IMG/VR virus record: IMGVR_UViG_3300032069_000001
Span: 33,214-97,213 of that record
From: an uncultured virus (IMG/VR IMGVR_UViG_3300032069_000001)
Taxonomy: Duplodnaviria > Heunggongvirae > Uroviricota > Caudoviricetes
Strand: one strand, 5' to 3'
DNA: 64,000 nt
The notes under the pieces were generated by a model that saw nothing but the letters and a program-made list of their open reading frames with translations, was not told where the DNA came from and did no database searches. The number at the start of each line of letters is the position of its first letter. The stretch's first letter is position 1. Both the position numbers and the translations under genes were made by a program. Positions 30,026-39,072 of the stretch are shown here, one piece after another.

Positions 30026-30034
30026 CTACGCCTC

Positions 30035-30310
30035 CTATTTCATATCTGATAAATATTCAATTTTTCCATCACGAACAAAAATATGCAACCCACAACCATT
30101 CTCAAATCCATTAACAGTCTTTGGGTGTCCAATGCTCGGGCTTATCGTGACCTCTTTTTTATCGTTTATTGTGACAGTATGTTCCAATCGTAAAGCCATA
30201 CCGCACCTCGGACAAGCCAAATAATACCAATCTCCCCATTTTTGTATTTCTCCCTTCTTGAGTTCGTCTATTTTAAATACGCCTTCTTTTAATACAACAT
30301 TTCCAACCAT
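30035..30310 (-). CDS. DUF6527-like zinc protein
   Basis: CPRCG..TISPSI..CGLHIFVRDGKI. Confidence 0.65.
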   Translation of the reverse strand: MVGNVVLKEGVFKIDELKKGEIQKWGDWYYLACPRCGMALRLEHTVTINDKKEVTISPSIGHPKTVNGFENGCGLHIFVRDGKIEYLSDMK

Positions 30311-30317
30311 ATTCCCC

Positions 30318-30581
30318 CTATTTTATGATAACAACCCTGCACTCAACTTTATATTCGCAGGAGTGTAAAAAACTCGTAATCTTCTGCGACCGCAACTCAA
30401 CGAGACCGTCCTGTGCCATTCTCTCAACAACCTCTTTTATTATGTCTTTTTTTACGGTGTCGTAATGTTCAAGTTGAATTGCGTTCACTATTTTAGAGCA
30501 ACCATAAATCCTTACCCTATCCCTGAAAGCCCACAACAGCACTCTCTTTACAATCCCATTGAAGTATTTTTTCATTTTCAC
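30318..30581 (-). CDS. hypothetical protein
   Basis: 87-aa ORF. Confidence 0.5.
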   Translation of the reverse strand: MKMKKYFNGIVKRVLLWAFRDRVRIYGCSKIVNAIQLEHYDTVKKDIIKEVVERMAQDGLVELRSQKITSFLHSCEYKVECRVVIIK

Positions 30582-30583
30582 TC

Positions 30584-32614
30584 CTAATAATCCGTTATTC
30601 TTAATATCGGTTTCTCAAAATTAAGCTTAAATATCGCCCCGCCTGCTCCTGCTCTATTCTTAAGTATCCCGACATACATCTGACACACCTTGTCAAGTAT
30701 AAGCTTCTTCGCTTCGTCCAATCCTTCCACCAAATCATTTCTCCAAAGCCCAAGCACTATATCCCCGCTTTCCTCTACTACCCCACTATCACGTGCCATT
30801 CTAATCGTTACAGGCGTGCCACCTGTGCCTCCTTCTCTGTTCAACTGGAGCAAGACTATCAAAGCCACTCTTAATCGCTTTGCGAGGGCTTTAAGCTCCT
30901 TTGCGATGATGCTGGTGCTGACATACGGGTCTCCAAGATACTTGTGCTTGATATACCCCATATAATCAATCGCAACAACCTGAACTGGCTGTTTAACCAT
31001 ATTTGTTTGGATAATCAGTTTCTCAATCTGCTCTATCGTTAAGCTGTCTTTATCTATCGTATAAATCTTTCCAAAATCGCTCTGTAAAGTCCTTAATATT
31101 GCAGGCAAACCTTCTGACCCATTCAAGAACATTTGCTCAATCTCATACGCTTCCAAACCGCTTGAGATTGAAAGAGAACGCTCAAATATCTGTTCTCCTT
31201 GCTGTTCCAATGAAAACAACAAAGCATTAACGTCCTGATGTTTCGTAATATTCTTAAGAAGATTAAGAACAAAAGCCGTCTTTCCTACTCCTGACCTCGC
31301 CATCACAAACATCAGTTCTCCAGGGTTAAGTCCCCGTATGTCTTTATCTAATCCCCTGTAACTAAAATGTATCCTAATTTTAGACGAATTCTTAATAAAT
31401 ATTTCATACTTGTCAGACAAATCCAAGATACCATAGATGCCAACAGTATTAACATCGTCTATATTGGTCTTAAAATAATTCTCAATTACTTCGGTTGGCT
31501 TACCCCAAATATCAGCCAACTCGTCCATCACTTCCGCTTTGATAATCGGACTGTGTATTGTTTCCAAGAATTTCTTAATCTGCAAAAACTGTTTCTGTTT
31601 ATCTGTTTCTGCTTCGGCTATCTGACGAACCAAATACGTTTCTACGTGCTTTGTTTTGGTCATAAAATTAAAATCTGAACCATTGTTTATGTAATCGTTA
31701 AAGTCCTTACACGCAACATCGCCAGCTAAATCAGGGAACAAAGCAATATGTATTGGATTATTCGGTAAGAACATTCTTAAAAGCTGATAGTTCCGCATTA
31801 AGTTTTCTCTGCCCGCTTTATCTATTTTGGGATTATCTGGAACCAACACTATGCTTATTTCATTACTTATCGTTTCGCTTAAAATAGTTACTTGGTCTTT
31901 TGTAAATATACTCCCAAGTATCCCGACAGTAGTTTCAAATCCCGCTTGCCACGCTGACATTACGTCAAAATATCCCTCAACAATATACAATCTGTCTTTT
32001 ATTTTATTCCTAATCGCTGGAAGTCCATAAAGTATTTCCCGCTTCTTAAAGAAATCGTATTTGTCTGAACTTGCGTTCTTATACTTCGGGTCTGCGTCTG
32101 GTGCTAAAAATCTCAAACTTCCTCCGACAGTCTTACCGAACTTTTCTTTAATGGGTATATAAATAGCATCTATGTTATTTCCAAAATACCCTATTTCAAA
32201 GAACTCTATTGTGCGTTGCTCTATGCCACGCTCTTTTAAATAAGTCATCGCCCTTTCATTAAGCTGGCTCTTTGCGTTCTCTACAATCCTCTTATTCTTT
32301 TCCTGTAACTCCTGAACTGCCTTTGCTGTCTTGCTATCTTCCTCGGACAGCTTCACACCAAATTCCTGTGCCAAAGACTTCATTGCATCTGTTTTGCTGT
32401 AGTTATGATAACGCTCTACGAAATCAAAAATATCCCCGCCTGCACCACACCCAAAACAATACCACTTATCATCTTGCTCGTCCTTAACATAAAAACTTCT
32501 GGTCTTAACGTCTCCGTGAAAAGGACAAAGAGCGTGACCTGTGTTATCAAACTCCATATACTTCTTTAAATAAGTCAGCAAATTTACTTTTTGTTTTATT
32601 GCTTGGAATATCAT
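30584..32614 (-). CDS. DnaG primase / DnaB helicase fusion
   Basis: CPFH..CFGC zinc finger, KYKN, VEGYFD TOPRIM, ARSGVGKT, FSLE, IDY, QLNR, KNR. Confidence 0.95.
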   Translation of the reverse strand: MIFQAIKQKVNLLTYLKKYMEFDNTGHALCPFHGDVKTRSFYVKDEQDDKWYCFGCGAGGDIFDFVERYHNYSKTDAMKSLAQEFGVKLSEEDSKTAKAVQELQEKNKRIVENAKSQLNERAMTYLKERGIEQRTIEFFEIGYFGNNIDAIYIPIKEKFGKTVGGSLRFLAPDADPKYKNASSDKYDFFKKREILYGLPAIRNKIKDRLYIVEGYFDVMSAWQAGFETTVGILGSIFTKDQVTILSETISNEISIVLVPDNPKIDKAGRENLMRNYQLLRMFLPNNPIHIALFPDLAGDVACKDFNDYINNGSDFNFMTKTKHVETYLVRQIAEAETDKQKQFLQIKKFLETIHSPIIKAEVMDELADIWGKPTEVIENYFKTNIDDVNTVGIYGILDLSDKYEIFIKNSSKIRIHFSYRGLDKDIRGLNPGELMFVMARSGVGKTAFVLNLLKNITKHQDVNALLFSLEQQGEQIFERSLSISSGLEAYEIEQMFLNGSEGLPAILRTLQSDFGKIYTIDKDSLTIEQIEKLIIQTNMVKQPVQVVAIDYMGYIKHKYLGDPYVSTSIIAKELKALAKRLRVALIVLLQLNREGGTGGTPVTIRMARDSGVVEESGDIVLGLWRNDLVEGLDEAKKLILDKVCQMYVGILKNRAGAGGAIFKLNFEKPILRITDY

Positions 32615-32624
32615 ATTCGTCTCC

Positions 32625-34410
32625 TTATGGTTGTAATGCCCCTATCATAAACGCTTTAAACAATTCCCAAATCTGACCGAGTATCCCGCTTCTCCAAAGT
32701 GCCATAATCAAATTTACCCCCAACGCAACAAGACACCCCATTGTTAAATACATTATAGCCATTAGTATCTTTGCGACTATCCCAATATCCTCGTTATTTT
32801 TTTGTTTCCTTTTGCGTTTCAATTTACACCTTTCCAAAAGTTTCGTCTTGACACTTCTGGCATAATCCAGAAATTTTAAATTCTTTTTTGCTGGTTTCGT
32901 CTCTGAATTTATCTACATCAACCTTCTCCCTGCAAAAAGGGCAAAACCCTTGCTCAATCGCCTTAACCTCTTTCTCAAAACCAGCTTTTTTCATAATATC
33001 TTTATTCATTGAGTTTCCTTAAGGCATCTATTATACCTTTGTGTATTGCACCTACTTCTTGGATTTTCTCATTCTCGTCCTCAATGACCCATCTCAAATA
33101 TTGTTCGTCCAGTTTCAACTCTACGGCTTTCTTAACAAGTTCCTCAACTGTATCAGCTTCGGCTTTTACATCGTATCTTATTCCGCAATCATAACTGACC
33201 AAAAGTTTGTATTTCATTTCTTATCCTCTTTCGGTTTCTGCTTTCTTAATCCAGTTTTAAAGTTCTTTCTGCAATATCTGCAATACTTTGGGCTCGGTCG
33301 TCCCTTATGAAAATATGTTTTCTTTCCACACTTCTTATTCCTACAGGTCATATATCTCATTGCTTCTCCTTTGCCTTGAGAATTTTTCTTTCCTCCATTA
33401 ACCAATCTAAAAAATTACAAATATCAGTAAGGCAGGTTTTCTCAAATATAGTGCCTGCTTCAGGGAAAAAAGAATATTTTCTAAACTTTGAAAACCATTT
33501 AATCACACCCAATCTTTCTCTGTTGCCAGTATAAACATCTGCTTTTGTTACTACCTGATAAACTTTAGTTTTAGACTTCCACTCAATAAATTCAAACTCT
33601 ATCCACTTCCCCTTTGGTGGTATATCGCTCATCTATTCCTCCAACACCTTCAACATTTTGTCACACTTCTCTTTCGTGATTTCCGTGTCAGTAAAGTGGC
33701 AACACGAACCAGGAGCGTGAGCCACCAAGCACTCCCTACCCTGATTTCTTGTGTTTACTGCATAATACTTGTCACAAATCGGACAATGTATCACAATCAA
33801 CAATGCTTCCTCTTTCTTTGGTATTATCATATTAGCTCCCCTTTAACAATCTCTTGCTCAACTCTCTGCGGGTTATCAAATTACCAATAGCCATCTTTCT
33901 CGCCTTGTCACTCTTTTTACCAAAAACTACCGTAAAAACTTCCAGCTCTGGATACTTTTCCATAAGTTTTGTATTGAACTTTCTTATGGTCTCTGATATT
34001 ACGCATAGTTCATTTTGGCTTATCATTTTTTATCGCCTCTTGTTCTTGCTTCTGCTTAAGCCCAAGAGAAGCCTTGTAAGCCTTCCCTTTCTTAAGTTTG
34101 AATTTTGAATACTGTCTGCGTGTCGGCTCTACCTTGCCTGCCTGACAACACTCGTTAAAGAATTTATCTGCCTGTGCCAGCTCCCTATAAGTCTGTCTCC
34201 TAAAGGTTTCTTTTTTTTCGGTTTCCTTCATTTCCCCTCCCACTTAATAGCCTTACCACATCTCGGACATACCTCATTTTTCCTTGCCGTCATAATAGGA
34301 ACTTTTATGTCTTGACCAGTCAACCTACTGGTAATAACAGCAGTTTTTCCAGAATAAATATTCGTCCACAATTTATGCCCGAGTAAAAAACAAATTATAT
34401 CTTTCAGCAT
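32625..34410 (-). other. cluster of nine small coupled hypothetical CDSs (32625-32837, 32824-33009, 33002-33217, 33214-33360, 33357-33632, 33633-33830, 33832-34026, 34010-34231, 34228-34410)
   Basis: overlapping start/stop codons and RBSs; several CxxC motifs; one TM protein. Confidence 0.6.
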
Positions 34411-34440
34411 ATCTCCCCCTTAAGTCTATCCAGATAGACA

Positions 34441-35418
34441 TTAAGTTACTGTCCGCCATTGACCGTCAACCAATACCTGCTCCTTTCCATCAACTACCCT
34501 TATTTCCCCTTCCTTCACAATATTATTTCTCTTTTCATCTGCTTCCTCTTTAAACTCCTCGCCCTTCTGAAACCAATTCTTAATCTGTGCTCTCGGGTGA
34601 CTTACCAAATGCCCTTTATTATCTATCTTAAGCGGACTACCCATTAAGTAATATTTCCATTTATCAAGCTGTTTAAATAGGTTTAAGGTTGGGTGGTCTG
34701 CTTTTAGACCTTCAAGCATTGGGACATCTATTTCCTCGTCATAAGGATAGTTACTTACTCCCTGCAATAAAGTGAGCTCTCTAATAAGTGGTTGCCTTCT
34801 TTCTTCTGTTATTGTAGGTTTAATATCATCTGTGGTAATGACGGTATCGTTGCCTTTACTTACCTTCTCTTTACTTAACTTAACTTTACTTAACTTAACT
34901 TTAGCTGGAGTGCTCTCCGACTGGTCTCCTACTACTCCCCCACTACTCCCCGATTGTGTAGAGTTTTCCTTACCTAAATCAATATTTATCAGAGGTATAT
35001 CTGTGTCTCCACTACTCCTCCCCGACTGCTCCCCGACTGGTAGCTTACCACTCGCCAACTCCTCTCCGACTATTACCCTACTCTTATCAGTATAGTTGGG
35101 GTATTTCTGCTTTGATGGCTTCTCTATGCGTTGGTGTTTGTGAAAGTTTTTGACATAGATGTAATTCCTATTGTCACTTTCGCTTATAAACACAATATAC
35201 TTTTTCGCATCAGAGAGCTCTTTAATCAAAGCCACAACATTTACCGTTTCGTAGGGAAATAGCTGTGCCTTAATCCATTCTGGTCTATAGGGGAAGGTGT
35301 GAGCGTGGTCATCAGCTATACACCAACTACCGATATAAAGCAGTCTGGCGTAAGGAGATAGTTTAGCGATGCCCTCGTCAAGCCAAAACTCGGGGTCTAT
35401 CATTCTCCTTCGTGCCAT
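34441..35418 (-). CDS. phage replication initiator (replisome organizer)
   Basis: MARRRMIDPEFW...ARLLYIG...ADD N-domain, F.KHQ, central repeats, KVKLSK linker. Confidence 0.85.
   Translation of the reverse strand: MARRRMIDPEFWLDEGIAKLSPYARLLYIGSWCIADDHAHTFPYRPEWIKAQLFPYETVNVVALIKELSDAKKYIVFISESDNRNYIYVKNFHKHQRIEKPSKQKYPNYTDKSRVIVGEELASGKLPVGEQSGRSSGDTDIPLINIDLGKENSTQSGSSGGVVGDQSESTPAKVKLSKVKLSKEKVSKGNDTVITTDDIKPTITEERRQPLIRELTLLQGVSNYPYDEEIDVPMLEGLKADHPTLNLFKQLDKWKYYLMGSPLKIDNKGHLVSHPRAQIKNWFQKGEEFKEEADEKRNNIVKEGEIRVVDGKEQVLVDGQWRTVT
34855..35085. repeat. probable replication origin: iteron-like ACTRCTCCCC(GA) repeats next to an AT-rich TTAAC/TTACT tract
   Basis: copies at about 34931, 34942, 35011 and 35025; AT-rich repeats at 34871-34903; lambda-O-like position inside the initiator gene. 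Confidence 0.6.
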
Positions 35419-35430
35419 TTTAATCCCCCC

Positions 35431-36522
35431 TTATTCTGTAAGTTGATAGGTTTTGCAAGTTACGCAACCCCACCCCTTTACAAAGCCGTAAGGCTTTCCA
35501 GTTTTTGGATTTGTTTTATTTATTACCCCATCTTTCTTAATCATAGGTTGTTTGCACTTTGGACAAATAGGTATTGTGGGTTTCGGTGGCAACTGTTCCT
35601 GTGGTTTATCAAGGTCGTCCAAAGATATTTCTGTCTGTTGGGAAGCTGGTTTCTGTGCTGGCGGTGGCGTTTTATTCTGTGCCGTTTGTGCTGGCGGTGG
35701 CGTTCTTGGTGCTGAAGCAGGTATTTCTGGTTCTTGTTCTGCGTCTGCGGGAAGGTGCTCTGTTTCGGTTTGCTCGGCTTCTTCCTCGCCGTTAGGGAAC
35801 AAGTCCTCTGGTCTCTCATCAGCTTTAGGAAGCAATCCTACGTCTCCTGGCTGTTGTTTTTTTTGTCTCTCCAGCAAAGAAATCATACTTTCATTCAGCT
35901 TCAAATTAAGAACATATATGATTTTTTTTGCTCCTGCGACTTGTGCTTCCTGCGGTTGAATGACAAGGCTTAAAGGAACGCCTGATACTTTTCCGCAGAG
36001 AGCTTTAACCATTGAGATTGACGAGTTGATATTCACTATGGAGTTGTAGCTTGACGTGTCTATTTGCCAGACACCTACACCTTTTACTTCTGGCAATAAG
36101 AACTGGAGATTGGCAACCATACGGCAGGTTTTCTTTACATTCTTTTCAGGGTCGCCGTGCAAATGAACACACGGGCATTTTTTCTCAACCATTTCCCCGC
36201 CCTGCTGAACTTCCATTGCAGTATCTCCGTCTCCCTTGCAAAGAAGTCCTTTGGTCTGACCATATCTTTTATACCATTGCTGAAAGAACTGTGCTTCGTC
36301 CTCTGTTGGAAACATCACGTTCAAAGCTTTTGGTTGCTCCCCAAAAACTTTTTTAAACGCTTCTACCATATTCGCAGGGGTGTTTCCGTCCTCTGCTACT
36401 ACAAAATAGTCAACAGCTTTCGGGTAAGTTACCCCCGACTTCTGCGACAATGCCTTGATGCCGAGATGTATTTTGCCCAATCTCGGCAGTCTCCTTCTCT
36501 CACTTACTCCTTTTATTGGCAT
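35431..36522 (-). CDS. Gp3-like (recombination directionality factor-like) putative strand-annealing protein
   Basis: RLPRLGKIHLG, YPKAVDYF, CKGDG, CPC..C, GVWQIDTSSYNS. Confidence 0.75.
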   Translation of the reverse strand: MPIKGVSERRRLPRLGKIHLGIKALSQKSGVTYPKAVDYFVVAEDGNTPANMVEAFKKVFGEQPKALNVMFPTEDEAQFFQQWYKRYGQTKGLLCKGDGDTAMEVQQGGEMVEKKCPCVHLHGDPEKNVKKTCRMVANLQFLLPEVKGVGVWQIDTSSYNSIVNINSSISMVKALCGKVSGVPLSLVIQPQEAQVAGAKKIIYVLNLKLNESMISLLERQKKQQPGDVGLLPKADERPEDLFPNGEEEAEQTETEHLPADAEQEPEIPASAPRTPPPAQTAQNKTPPPAQKPASQQTEISLDDLDKPQEQLPPKPTIPICPKCKQPMIKKDGVINKTNPKTGKPYGFVKGWGCVTCKTYQLTE

Positions 36523-36688
36523 AGCTTTTCCCCTCCTTTTTTGATTTTGTTGCTTTTAATGCTATAACTATTTTTTCGTATGTTTCTTTTTGCTTTCTTG
36601 TCATTTGTCTCTTATCATTGCCATAGTAAATAGAAAAAGAACCATCTTCGTAATCTATTATTTCTGGCATACGTTCTCCTTTAAAGAT

Positions 36689-36907
36689 TTATTCATTGTA
36701 ATATTTGTCTTGTTCAGCATCTTGCCAACCCAATATATTTACATAGTAAAATTTTTCTATTCTATCTACAACTTTTTCTCCTGCAACATACGACCAGATT
36801 ATAGGTTGAACTAATATTCCAGATAAAAACGCTATGATTAGGATTGAAATATAGATGATTATTAAGCAGAGAAATGTTTTTCCGATTTGTTTGATTATTG
36901 ATTTCAT
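36689..36907 (-). CDS. small membrane protein
   Basis: hydrophobic N-half, AGGAG RBS. Confidence 0.55.
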   Translation of the reverse strand: MKSIIKQIGKTFLCLIIIYISILIIAFLSGILVQPIIWSYVAGEKVVDRIEKFYYVNILGWQDAEQDKYYNE

Positions 36908-37101
36908 TTCGTTCTCCTTGCTTTTTTATTGTATGGTCTTTTGAGTTTTTGTCCGTAATATGGACAGAATTTTAGAAATAGAACAAAAACAAAACATTTA
37001 AGATTGATATAATGAACTGCGATGAATGAGCGGAAGTTTTTAGACCATTGTATTCTTTTGAGTTTGATGTCTCGGATAAATTCTTTGCAACAGTAATTCA
37101 T
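36904..37101 (-). CDS. small hypothetical protein
   Basis: CC...FCPY.G motif. Confidence 0.45.
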   Translation of the reverse strand: MNYCCKEFIRDIKLKRIQWSKNFRSFIAVHYINLKCFVFVLFLKFCPYYGQKLKRPYNKKARRTK

Positions 37102-37130
37102 AAGTCCCCGTTTAGTAGTTAATTTTATTT

Positions 37131-37275
37131 AATCCTTACCTTACCGAACCTTACTTCACTCTGCATAACAAAACCCGACTTTGCAATACCGTAACGCACT
37201 TCACCTCACATCACAATACCAAACCGCACCTGACCTAACCTGACCTGACTTTGCTTCACAATACAACGCATAACC
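37131..37275 (-). ncRNA. phased pentamer array 2 (28 DGY-NN units plus terminal GGATT): putative gapped-code guide RNA
   Basis: minus strand GGTTA TGCGT TGTAT TGTGA AGCAA AGTCA GGTCA GGTTA GGTCA GGTGC GGTTT GGTAT...GGTAA GGTAA GGATT; 27 of 28 units fit DGY-NN; intergenic. Confidence 0.8.
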
Positions 37276-37295
37276 TTAAAATTTTTTATTAGTTC

Positions 37296-37360
37296 AATCC
37301 TTACCTTGCCAAACAATACATCACTTCACTTTACACGACACCACTCTACATCACATTATC
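37296..37360 (-). ncRNA. phased pentamer array 1 (11 DGY-NN units plus terminal GGATT): putative gapped-code guide RNA
   Basis: TGTGA TGTAG AGTGG TGTCG TGTAA AGTGA AGTGA TGTAT TGTTT GGCAA GGTAA GGATT, starting right after the RAMP gene stop codon. Confidence 0.75.
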
Positions 37361-37909
37361 TTAAGATTTAATTAGTTTGAATTGCGTTACTATGAATTTT
37401 CCAAAGCAACCCTTTTTATTGGGTCTCCAATCGCCTATACCTTGATATTTCCCTGCCCTATCCAACGCTTCTTTTAATACTTCCTCTGGTATTTCCTCGT
37501 CGCAAGAAATATTAAAGCTTAATTCCCATTCTTTAAACATAGGTCGGTATGTCATCATTCTCCCTTTTGTTACGGGATTAACCGCCAATATTTTATAAAT
37601 TTCATATTTTTGATTTTTGTGTATTATCGCATCAGGGCTGACCTGAACCATTGACCCCATCATACTTGAATAAGTTTTCTTACCCCTGCCTTTTATTTTT
37701 AAATCCGCACCCGCTCTTATCAGCGATTGCCAAATATGAGTTGACGGCTGATATATTTTTCCGTCTATGCTATACAATTTTTCTAAAGCTTTTTTCTCCT
37801 CATCGGAATTTGGATTTATTATTTTGAGTTTGCTGTCAAATCCGTATTCTGGCGGTTTGTTTTGCAGTAATGCAGTCACTCCTTTTATCGTTACATCGTA
37901 ATCTCTCAT
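37361..37909 (-). CDS. solitary Cas7/RAMP-like RNA-binding protein (Vipr-like)
   Basis: VTIKGVTALL first strand, IYQPSTHIWQSLIRAG, RPMFKEWELSFNI, Gly-rich loop AGKYQGIGDWRPNKKGCFGKF. Confidence 0.8.
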   Translation of the reverse strand: MRDYDVTIKGVTALLQNKPPEYGFDSKLKIINPNSDEEKKALEKLYSIDGKIYQPSTHIWQSLIRAGADLKIKGRGKKTYSSMMGSMVQVSPDAIIHKNQKYEIYKILAVNPVTKGRMMTYRPMFKEWELSFNISCDEEIPEEVLKEALDRAGKYQGIGDWRPNKKGCFGKFIVTQFKLIKS

Positions 37910-37933
37910 CTCCTTATCCTCCTTGTTATGGTT

Positions 37934-38755
37934 TTAGTAATTTACTTTTATTTTTCCACCTTCACAAAATTTCCAAAATCCGCACGACTTTTCCGAACAA
38001 AGATAATTATGCGGGTTCGGATAAAATATTCCCGCTTCAATAGCCCTTACAACTTGAACTAATGTAACTTTAAATGCTTCAATATGGGCTTCTGTTCTGG
38101 TAGTAGGATATTGCGGATATTGCGGTTTCTTGGTGCGAACTAAATAATCCATACGCAATCCTTTTGGTAGCTCTTTGTATTTTTCTTTGTAAGCCATTGA
38201 ATACATTGTGAGCTGTCCATCTTTATTGATTGTATCCTGCGTAGGGCTTTTCTTTGAAGTCTTGTGGTCAATAATAAAATCCTTGTCGTCTATCAAGTCT
38301 ATTCTCCCAACAATCGGTTTGCTTATTCCAGGAATGATTAAATTATCGGGAAACGGTTCCTCAACGACTAAAGGTTGAATTGTCGGTGCTACAAGTTCGT
38401 GGTAATTTGTGATGAGTTTTATGCCCTCATCAAGCATACTGTCTTTTGTTTCGTCCTCTGCGAATTCCATACCAACATTTTTCTTAAGGTTTAAATCCCA
38501 TTGATTTGCCCAAGCTCCCTGCACTTTAGAAAGCTCTACGTCTTGATGGCTCTCAATTTTCTGCTTAAAATTGTATTCAAGTGCTTCGTGAGTTGTGCTA
38601 CCGAAAACCAATGCGGAAGGCGGTGGTATTTTATACCCCAATATATACCTGAAAAGATATTGGTATGCACATCGGATAAAAGTATTTATTTGGGAGAAGC
38701 TGTAGTGGTCTCTTGCTTCAAACAAGTCGTCTAAACTTAACTCCTCGTCTGCCAT
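37934..38755 (-). CDS. Cas4/RecB-like PD-(D/E)XK exonuclease
   Basis: SFSQI..C, GSTTHEALE, GRID, IDHK, QLTMY, C-terminal Cys triad (Fe-S staple). Confidence 0.9.
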   Translation of the reverse strand: MADEELSLDDLFEARDHYSFSQINTFIRCAYQYLFRYILGYKIPPPSALVFGSTTHEALEYNFKQKIESHQDVELSKVQGAWANQWDLNLKKNVGMEFAEDETKDSMLDEGIKLITNYHELVAPTIQPLVVEEPFPDNLIIPGISKPIVGRIDLIDDKDFIIDHKTSKKSPTQDTINKDGQLTMYSMAYKEKYKELPKGLRMDYLVRTKKPQYPQYPTTRTEAHIEAFKVTLVQVVRAIEAGIFYPNPHNYLCSEKSCGFWKFCEGGKIKVNY

Positions 38756-38791
38756 ATTTAATTCTCCTTCTGGTTATAAATTGTAGTGTTC

Positions 38792-38820
38792 ATTCTATAC
38801 TTTTTGTTTTTTATTGTCAA
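38792..38820 (-). promoter_or_regulatory. promoter for the exonuclease / RAMP / array unit
   Basis: TTGACA-17nt-TAGAAT. Confidence 0.75.
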
Positions 38821-39002
38821 GCTTTTTTCTTGGCAACTTTTTGTTCTGCTTCATAGACCTTGAGATAAGTTTCCAATGCCATTCCTACAAGCTTTGACAT
38901 TGAGACGCCCTTCTCCTCTTTAATCGCTTCAAGCTTCTCCAACACGGGCAATGTATCCTCGTTGAAGTATATCGTGAGCGTTCCCCCTTTTTGAATTGCC
39001 AT
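38817..39002 (-). CDS. ribbon-helix-helix (CopG-like) regulator
   Basis: TLTIYF strand followed by two helices with GVSMSKLV. Confidence 0.75.
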   Translation of the reverse strand: MAIQKGGTLTIYFNEDTLPVLEKLEAIKEEKGVSMSKLVGMALETYLKVYEAEQKVAKKKA

Positions 39003-39043
39003 AATCAACACCCCCTTTCTTATACTATAATTTCATATAATAG

Positions 39044-39072
39044 ATTATAACACAATATCTTACGTTTGTCAA
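39044..39072 (-). promoter_or_regulatory. consensus promoter for the RHH gene
   Basis: TTGACA-17nt-TATAAT with extended TG. Confidence 0.85.

Noticed and set aside
34855-34903. Second pentamer guide array (TTAAC/TTACT periodicity)
   Set aside because: It lies within the initiator CDS (KVKLSK linker), is nearly invariant, and is typical of phage origins.
37131-37360. CRISPR array, plain microsatellite or coding low-complexity region
   Set aside because: There are no 25-45-nt repeats with spacers. Variation is concentrated at two fixed positions per pentamer with no indels, unlike slippage repeats, and a period of 5 without an ORF argues against coding.
37934-38755. Cas4 of a CRISPR adaptation module
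   Set aside because: No cas1, cas2 or CRISPR array; stand-alone Cas4-like exonucleases are routine in phage recombination modules.
38761-39072. LexA (SOS) boxes at the phage promoters
   Set aside because: No GAAC-N4-GTTC or CTGT-N8-ACAG seen at the promoters inspected; other phylum-specific boxes cannot be excluded.
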